DNA of 32,000 nucleotides from Edaphobacter aggregans (GTDB lineage Bacteria; Acidobacteriota; Terriglobia; Terriglobales; Acidobacteriaceae): NCBI RefSeq assembly GCF_003945235.1, contig NZ_RSDW01000001.1, positions 1,890,001 to 1,922,000 of the forward strand, read 5' to 3'. Shown piece by piece: positions 26,399 to 32,000 of this stretch (position 1 is its first letter; each line of letters starts with the position of its first letter). The notes under the pieces were generated by a model. It saw only the letters and a program-made list of their open reading frames with translations, ran no database searches and was not told where the DNA came from. The position numbers and the translations under genes were made by a program.

Positions 26399-26478
26399 GC
26401 AGCCTCTCTTTCGTGCAAGAATTTTGGGCCCGACGCTTCATTCAGCAACCAGGCCCACATTTGCAACCAAAGTAATGC

Positions 26479-26871
26479 CTAGGTTGACGGGTTGTCGTGA
26501 GTCGCGTGAATATACGCATCCTTACCCGCATCAATCGCCGCCGCGACCTTGCTCTGATGCTCCTGCACCAATCCCTTACCCTTCTCGACATACTGGGACC
26601 ATTGCGTACGCCCGCGGTCATAGTACTCCTTGCCGCGATCGACATACTCGCCAAACTGCTGCTTGCCCTGCTCCGCATACTGAGCGGCACGCTCACGCCC
26701 CTGCTGCGCCAGCACGGCAGCCTTCTCCTTGGCGTCCATCGCACTCGCTACCAGGTCATCGCGCGTCTCCTTGCCCGACTTCGGCGCATAGAGAACTCCA
26801 ACCAGCGCGCCAACGCCGAGCCCTGCAAGAAACCATCCCAATCCGCTTACACCATTGTCGTTGTCTGCCAT
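26479..26871 (-). CDS. YtxH-domain general stress protein
   Basis: 130 aa. The N-terminal motif is GLGWFLAGLGVGALVGVLYAPKSGKETRDDL, followed by a charged helical region. AGGAGAG lies upstream of the ATG. Confidence 0.85.
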   Translation of the reverse strand: MADNDNGVSGLGWFLAGLGVGALVGVLYAPKSGKETRDDLVASAMDAKEKAAVLAQQGRERAAQYAEQGKQQFGEYVDRGKEYYDRGRTQWSQYVEKGKGLVQEHQSKVAAAIDAGKDAYIHATHDNPST

Positions 26872-27243
26872 CTCGATCTCTCCTGTTCAACGTTCGAATA
26901 ACGGAAACTTGTCTCTCCGCTGTTATAACTCATTTCTTTTTCTGATTCGTGTCGCGGGATTAACTCGAATGCTCAAGCATACCGCCATCCACCCCGCACA
27001 AGGTTTTCCGCGCAGGCATCTCTTGTTTAGGGTGGATGCCCGCCCCTCCGATTAGGTTGCGCGCCCCACTCCGCCATACTCCCAACTTCCAACTCTCCGA
27101 TTCGCGCCTCCGTGCGTCTACCATCAGAGCAGCCCTCGCGGGCAATCATGCAGCCGCGAAACAGACCTTTGCATCACATAGCAATCGGGTGAGTTAGAGT
27201 GTTTTCAGCAACGACCAAGCTCGACCGCAAGAAAAGGGGTTCC

Positions 27244-28374
27244 ATGTCCGTCCAACGCATTCTCTCCGCACCACGCACCATAGCCACCGTCACCGCGCTC
27301 TCGCTGGCCCTGGCCTTCTCAGGCTGCAAAAGCTCCACACCCGCCACTGACGACGCCACCCTCGGCACAGCGCTTCAAAGCCGCATCGCAGGTGACAGCG
27401 CTCTCAGTGCTGAATCCATCCAGGCCACCGTACAAAACGGCGTTGCCACTCTCAACGGCAACGTGAGCAGCGAAGCCGCCCGTTCACTCGCCGCCGCCGA
27501 CGCTGCCCAGGTAGCCGGAATCCGCACCGTCGTCAACAACCTGACCGTCCAGCAGCCTGCTCCAACCGTAGCCGCAGTCACCCCGACGCCGGCTCCGCTC
27601 CCCCCTCCCGCAGCTCCGAAGAAAACCCCGGCTCCCAGGCCAGCACCTCCAGCACGTCAACCCGCGCCAGTCGAGCGCCCAGAGCCCGCACCCGTAGCAG
27701 TTCAGACGCCCCCTCCCGCTCCCGCTCCGGCTCCGCCCCCAGCTCCAGTTACTCCTCCGCCGCCAACATTCAAGAACGTAACCATCCCCTCCGGAACCAC
27801 AATCCCCGTCCGGATCACTCAGACGCTTGACAGCGCAACGACCCAGCAGGGCCAGTCCTTCTCCGGCACGGTTGCCACAGACGTCATGTCCGACGGCCTC
27901 GTCGCCATCCGTCAGGGCACCGCTGTATCCGGCCGAGTCTCCGCCGTGCAGGAAGCCGCCCACTACAAGGGCAACTCCCTCCTCACCGTTGAACTCGTCA
28001 GCATCAATCGCCACGGCGAATCGCTTGCCGTCACCACCGACCCCTACAGCGTCCAGGGCAAGGGTCGCGGCGCGAACACAGCAGCCAAAGTCGGCGGCGG
28101 GGCAGCCGTCGGAGCCATCCTCGGCGGCATCATCGGCGGCGGAAAAGGTGCGGCCATCGGTGCTGCATCCGGCGGCGGCTTAGGTGCCGGAGCCAACACC
28201 ATCACCCGAGGCCAGCAGGTTCAGATCCCCTCCGAGAGCCTGGTCAACTTCAAGCTCACCAACACGCTTGCCATCCGCGTCTCCACCTCCAACACCCTCA
28301 GCACGGCAGCAACGGAGACTCAGGGTCAACGCCGCCCCATAAACCCATCGCAAACGCAGGACCAGCCTCAGTAG
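27244..28374 (+). CDS. BON-domain lipoprotein with a Pro-rich linker and a C-terminal glycine-zipper segment
   Basis: Start chosen at ATG 27244 (AAAGGGG upstream). The lipobox is LAFSGC. The BON domain reads LQSRIAGDSALSAESIQATVQNGVATLNGNVSS...VAGIRTVVNNLTV. A PAPxP linker follows, then the glycine zipper GGGAAVGAILGGIIGGGKGAAIGAASGGGLGAGA. Confidence 0.85.
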   Translation: MSVQRILSAPRTIATVTALSLALAFSGCKSSTPATDDATLGTALQSRIAGDSALSAESIQATVQNGVATLNGNVSSEAARSLAAADAAQVAGIRTVVNNLTVQQPAPTVAAVTPTPAPLPPPAAPKKTPAPRPAPPARQPAPVERPEPAPVAVQTPPPAPAPAPPPAPVTPPPPTFKNVTIPSGTTIPVRITQTLDSATTQQGQSFSGTVATDVMSDGLVAIRQGTAVSGRVSAVQEAAHYKGNSLLTVELVSINRHGESLAVTTDPYSVQGKGRGANTAAKVGGGAAVGAILGGIIGGGKGAAIGAASGGGLGAGANTITRGQQVQIPSESLVNFKLTNTLAIRVSTSNTLSTAATETQGQRRPINPSQTQDQPQ

Positions 28375-28401
28375 TCGTAGTTGCTCGATACCAAAACCAA
28401 C

Positions 28402-28427
28402 GCGGCAGACTCCTCGGAATCTGCCGC
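28402..28427 (+). terminator. Stem-loop downstream of the BON lipoprotein gene (no U-tract)
   Basis: GCGGCAGA (28402-28409) pairs with TCTGCCGC (28420-28427) around a 10-nt loop. The + strand trailer CTCACCC lacks a T-run, so function as an intrinsic terminator is doubtful. Confidence 0.3.
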
Positions 28428-28529
28428 CTCACCCTCTACCCTTGCACTGTGGTGTAGACTCAAAGTCTCAGCAGCAAAACCCAACCAGTGAGGCAGTCCT
28501 ACCGAAAATCAAGCCCGAGGTAACCCGTC

Positions 28530-30383
28530 TTGACGAAGGCATCCCCAAATTCTGCGCAGCGTCCCAAAGGATTTCTCACCCTCACCCTGCACGCGCATCT
28601 GCCCTATGTCGTCAACCACGGTACCTGGCCCCATGGCATGGAGTGGCTGCATGAGGCTGCCGCCGAGACCTATCTCCCCTTTCTAAGAATGCTGGGTAAC
28701 CTGGAGCGTGACAACATCCGCTTCAATTGCAACCTCAATCTCTCCCCCATCCTCCTCGAGCAGCTCTCGCACCCGGTCTTCATCGCCGAGTTCCCCAACT
28801 ACCTCACCCGCAAGATCGTCGCTGCTCGCGAAGACGAGGCCTACTTCATCCAGGCTGGCGAATCTCACCTCGCCGAAACCGCCCGCTTCTGGCACCGCTT
28901 CTTCTCCACCGCCCTCGACGACTTCAATGCCCTCGACGGCAACATCATCGCCGGCTTCCGTCACTTCAACGACATCGGCCTCATCGAGATCATCACCTGC
29001 GGAGCCACTCACGGCTACATGCCCTTACTAGGCACCGATGAGTCTGTCCGCGCCCAGATTCGCCTCGCCGTTGACACCCACATTCGCCACATCGGCAAAC
29101 ACCCCAGAGGTATCTGGTCCCCCGAGTGCGGCTACCGTCCCGCGGGCTTCTGGAACTACCCCGTCCCCTTCGCCGACGGTGCCCCGATGCCTGCAGGCTT
29201 CGACCGCATCGGCGTTGAGCAGGCCCTCTCAGAATCCGACATCGACTTTTTCTTCGTCGACACCCATCTCGTCGAAGAATCTCAGCGCATCCCCTCACCC
29301 TACGAACTTCTCAAGGGTTCCGTCCCTCGCGACCTGCAGACCGAGCAGATGACGCACGGTCCGCACCGCAGCCTCTACCAGCCCTATTACGTCGACGGCC
29401 CTTACGACAAGCGCTACGCCACCACCATCTTCCCCCGCGACCCCAAGACCGGCATACAGGTCTGGTCCGGCGACACTGGCTATCCTGGCGACGCCGTCTA
29501 CCTCGACTTCCACAAGAAGCGCTGGCCCGGCGGTCACCGCTACTGGCGTGTCACCGGCTCCAAAGTCGACATGGGCGACAAGCAGCCCTACTATCCGCAG
29601 GAAGCTGCCGAGCGAACCAAAGCTCACGCCTCCAACTTCGTCCATCTCGTCTACGAAGCCCTCAAGTCTGGCTTCAACGACACTATCCCGCCCATTCTCT
29701 GCTCCCCCTTCGACGCCGAGCTCTTCGGCCACTGGTGGTTCGAGGGAGCCCTCTGGCTCGAAGCCATCGCCCGCATCCTCCACGACTACGACACCGGCAT
29801 CCAGCTCATCAGCGGCTCCGAATACCTCGATCAGTACCCTCGCGCCGGCTTCATCGCCATGCACGAAGGCTCCTGGGGCGCCGAGGGCAACAACCATGTC
29901 TGGATGAACCCCGACACCTCCTGGACCTACACCCACATCTACCCCGCCGAGCTCTACGCCCGCGAAGTCTGCACTGTAGGCCACTGGCGCAACTCCCCTC
30001 TGGGCAAGCGCATAGCGCAACAGCTCTGCCGCGAACTTCTCCTCCTCGAATCCTCCGACTGGCAGTTCCTCATCACCACCGGAGCCGCCCGCGACTACGC
30101 CGAGATCCGTTTCCTCACCCACAACGACCAGTTCAACGAAATCAAAACCATCTACCAGACCTTCGAAGCCAATGGTCGCCTCACCGTAGCTCAAGAGGCC
30201 CGTCTCGCCGAAATCGAACTCCGCGACACGGTCTTCCCCAACATCGACCCCGGCCTATGGGCCGCCGGAGCCAAACAAGAGGGCCACATACAAGCCCCCA
30301 CGTTTCCGCCGGCGATCCCACCCGCATCGGCTCCTGCACCCGCTCCAGCCGTAGCCTACGCCAAGTCCGAACCCATCGACTAG
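28530..30383 (+). CDS. Glycoside hydrolase family 57 protein, 1,4-alpha-glucan branching enzyme-like
   Basis: 617 aa with a TTG start and GAGGT 9 nt upstream. The N-terminal block GFLTLTLHAHLPYVVNHGTWPHGMEWLHEAAAETYLPFL is typical of GH57 branching enzymes. A CSPFDAELFGHWWFEG block is present. The C-terminal tail is Ala/Pro-rich. Confidence 0.85.
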   Translation: MTKASPNSAQRPKGFLTLTLHAHLPYVVNHGTWPHGMEWLHEAAAETYLPFLRMLGNLERDNIRFNCNLNLSPILLEQLSHPVFIAEFPNYLTRKIVAAREDEAYFIQAGESHLAETARFWHRFFSTALDDFNALDGNIIAGFRHFNDIGLIEIITCGATHGYMPLLGTDESVRAQIRLAVDTHIRHIGKHPRGIWSPECGYRPAGFWNYPVPFADGAPMPAGFDRIGVEQALSESDIDFFFVDTHLVEESQRIPSPYELLKGSVPRDLQTEQMTHGPHRSLYQPYYVDGPYDKRYATTIFPRDPKTGIQVWSGDTGYPGDAVYLDFHKKRWPGGHRYWRVTGSKVDMGDKQPYYPQEAAERTKAHASNFVHLVYEALKSGFNDTIPPILCSPFDAELFGHWWFEGALWLEAIARILHDYDTGIQLISGSEYLDQYPRAGFIAMHEGSWGAEGNNHVWMNPDTSWTYTHIYPAELYAREVCTVGHWRNSPLGKRIAQQLCRELLLLESSDWQFLITTGAARDYAEIRFLTHNDQFNEIKTIYQTFEANGRLTVAQEARLAEIELRDTVFPNIDPGLWAAGAKQEGHIQAPTFPPAIPPASAPAPAPAVAYAKSEPID

Positions 30384-30410
30384 CTCAGGGCGGTTTTTAC
30401 AGTCACCTTT

Positions 30411-30515
30411 CTTGCTTATGGTCCCCAAAGGGGACCTGCTGTCGCCGTTGCTCTTGCCGTTGCCTTTCTAGTTGTCATCCCCGAAGGGGATCTGCTTCTG
30501 CTGTTGCAGTTTTAT
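30411..30515. repeat. Two tandem REP-like hairpin units
   Basis: Unit 1 reads ...GGTCCCCAAAGGGGACC (30420-30436) TGCTGTCGCCGTTGC.... Unit 2 reads ...ATCCCCGAAGGGGAT (30477-30491) CTGCTTCTGCTGTTGC.... Both units consist of a CCCC-NAA-GGGG hairpin followed by CTGCTnnnGCyGTTGC. The second unit ends in TTTTATTT. Confidence 0.7.
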
Positions 30516-30559
30516 TTCACCAAATGCTCCGCGAAGCCGCTGGAACCTAAAATAACCAG

Positions 30560-31405
30560 GTGGCCGCCAAATCCCCCCTCGCCCTCTGGCACCTGCTCTC
30601 CCTCGACGCCCCCACCATCGCCGTCCTCTGGACCTGGTTCATCGCCACCGCCAGCCACGTTCACCTCCCTGTCACCTCCATCCTCGCCATGGCCACCGCC
30701 GTCTGGACGCTCTACGCCGCCGACCGCCTCCTCGACACCCAATCCGCCACGCCCTCCGACCTCGAAGCCCGCCATTACTTCCACCACCGCTACCGCACCG
30801 CCTTCCTCGCAGGAATCCTCTTCGCCTCGCTGGGCCTCGCAGTCCTCCTCCCACGCATCCCCTCCGAAGCCATCCACCTCTACCTCATCCTCGGCGGCCT
30901 GGTCTTCGGCTACTTCATCCTGATCCACGTTCCACTCAACCACTCACCCGAAACCAAAGCCGCCCCACGTCTCCCCAAAGAGATCGCTGTAGGCATCTGC
31001 TTCGCCGCCGCCGTCTTCATTCCGACCATAGCCCGCCACCCCGACCTCCGCCCAACCCTCCTTCCCTCAGCACTCCTCTTCGCCGCCCTATGCAGCCTCA
31101 ACTGCCTCTTCATCTACGCTTGGGAGCACGACCCACCCGACCCCATCGACCACCCCGTCCACACCATCACCCGCCTCGCCCTCAACCACCTCCCCACAAT
31201 CGCCATGACAATCACCGCAGCAGGCATCGCCCTAGCCATCCTCGACCACCGAACCCCCTGGCCCATCCCCATCGCCAACGCCCTCGCCGCAATCCTGCTC
31301 CTACTCCTGCACTACCGTCGCCACCAAATCATCCCCCTCAACCTCCGAGCCGCCGCAGACCTGGCCCTGGCCACTCCCATCCTCTTAATCCCCTTCCTCA
31401 AATGA
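30560..31405 (+). CDS. Polytopic membrane protein, possibly a UbiA-superfamily-like prenyltransferase
   Basis: 281 aa with a GTG start (the only start codon after an in-frame stop; no SD). About 8 hydrophobic segments are present. Asp-rich motifs are YAADRLLD and HDPPDPID. The family call is weak. Confidence 0.6.
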   Translation: MAAKSPLALWHLLSLDAPTIAVLWTWFIATASHVHLPVTSILAMATAVWTLYAADRLLDTQSATPSDLEARHYFHHRYRTAFLAGILFASLGLAVLLPRIPSEAIHLYLILGGLVFGYFILIHVPLNHSPETKAAPRLPKEIAVGICFAAAVFIPTIARHPDLRPTLLPSALLFAALCSLNCLFIYAWEHDPPDPIDHPVHTITRLALNHLPTIAMTITAAGIALAILDHRTPWPIPIANALAAILLLLLHYRRHQIIPLNLRAAADLALATPILLIPFLK

Positions 31406-31455
31406 CCGAGCCCAATTACGACCCCATAGCTCGCCATTGCGCGGAGCACCCATGA
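31402..31455 (+). other. 17-codon bridging mini-ORF (MTEPNYDPIARHCAEHP*), a duplicated 5' stub of the downstream methyltransferase gene
   Basis: Its ATG (31402-31404) overlaps the upstream stop TGA (31403-31405). Its own TGA (31453-31455) overlaps the downstream ATG (31452-31454). It contains one copy of the 22-bp repeat. Confidence 0.3.
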
Positions 31456-31500
31456 CACAGACCAAAACCAGAACCGCAAATTACGACCCCATAGCTCGCC
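31414..31500 (+). repeat. 22-bp perfect direct repeat (two copies, 65 nt apart)
   Basis: AATTACGACCCCATAGCTCGCC occurs at 31414-31435 and at 31479-31500. Both copies encode NYDPIAR in the local reading frame. Confidence 0.95.
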
Positions 31501-32000
31501 CCTATCAATGGCTCGAATACCTAACCCTGGGCCGAACCCTCGAACGCACCCGCCTCCACTACCTCCCCACCCTCACCCGCCAACAACACGCCCTCGTCCT
31601 TGGAGACGGCGACGGCCGCTTCCTCGCCCGACTCCTCGCCCAAAACCCCACCCTCCAAGCCGACGCCGTAGACACCAGCGCCGCCATGCTCCAACTCCTC
31701 CGTCAGCGCTGCGAAGCAGCATCCCCCACCGCATCCGCACGCCTCCACACTCATCAGGCAAACGCCCTCGCCTTCACCCCACCCACCCCGCAAAAATACG
31801 ACCTCGTCGTCACCCATTTCTTCCTCGACTGCCTCACCCAACCCGAACTCGACACCCTCGTCGCCCGCATCACTCCCACCCTCACCCCCGGAGCCCTCTG
31901 GCTTCTCTCCGACTTCCGCATCCCCACCGGCCCCATGCGTCTACCCGCGAAGCTCTTCGTCCGCAGTCTCTACCTCGGCTTCCGCATCATCACCGGCCTC
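31452..32000 (+). CDS. Class I SAM-dependent methyltransferase (3' end outside window)
   Basis: The frame is open from ATG 31452 to the window end (183 codons). It has the N-terminal YDPIARPY motif, the SAM-binding motif I (LVLGDGDGRF) and DLVVTHFFLDC. It is absent from the ORF track because no stop lies in the window. Confidence 0.85.
   Translation, partial: MTQTKTRTANYDPIARPYQWLEYLTLGRTLERTRLHYLPTLTRQQHALVLGDGDGRFLARLLAQNPTLQADAVDTSAAMLQLLRQRCEAASPTASARLHTHQANALAFTPPTPQKYDLVVTHFFLDCLTQPELDTLVARITPTLTPGALWLLSDFRIPTGPMRLPAKLFVRSLYLGFRIITGL

Noticed and set aside
29295-30194. 299-aa - strand ORF
   Set aside because: It is antisense to the GH57 gene. The composition is G/V/E/A-rich and no motifs are present. 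The same reasoning applies to 2407-3126, 4027-4596, 7143-7589, 10956-11711, 12617-13073, 16485-17021, 24588-25139, 27484-28014 and 30512-30943.

Overview
About 32 kb of high-GC bacterial chromosome. The gene style suggests an Acidobacteriota (Terriglobia-like) genome: a TPR-tailed Ser/Thr kinase, CarboxypepD_reg-repeat proteins, an ArsR-AHSA1 operon and GGGGA/TCCCC hairpin intergenic repeats. That taxon call is inference only. I support 28 protein-coding genes plus one 17-codon mini-ORF. I found no rRNA, tRNA, CRISPR array, transposase or integrase.

Recognisable housekeeping genes:
- ComM/YifB-like 3' end, rho, ribD and ribE, ftsY, mnmA.
- A GH57 branching-enzyme-like gene, an SDR and a DJ-1/PfpI gene.
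- YtxH and DUF948-like stress proteins, a BON lipoprotein, and an arsR plus two AHSA1/SRPBCC genes.

Observations worth a second look:
1. The + strand is G-rich up to about 13.2 kb and C-rich from about 13.4 kb onward, whichever strand the local gene is on. This is a terminus-type GC-skew switch, or an inversion breakpoint, confined to one 167-bp intergenic gap. No canonical dif site is present.
2. A 633-aa protein (18634-20535) has no signal peptide. It combines a duplicated N-terminal motif, a G1/eqolisin-like beta-sandwich region and six near-identical tandem propeller-type repeats.
3. A 541-aa expanded, Cys-rich thaumatin-like secreted protein lies between ribD and ribE.
4. An omega-like mini-protein, an intrinsic terminator and a C-rich/G-poor rut-like leader lie directly upstream of rho.
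5. The arsR gene has an apparently leaderless promoter flanked by two identical 12-bp palindromes.
6. A secreted protein would begin, after signal-peptide cleavage, with a TIMP-style Cys-Ser-Cys.
7. A 22-bp duplication creates a mini-ORF that joins a UbiA-like membrane protein gene to a methyltransferase gene through two ATGA overlaps.

All functional calls rest on motifs read by eye. No database search was possible.
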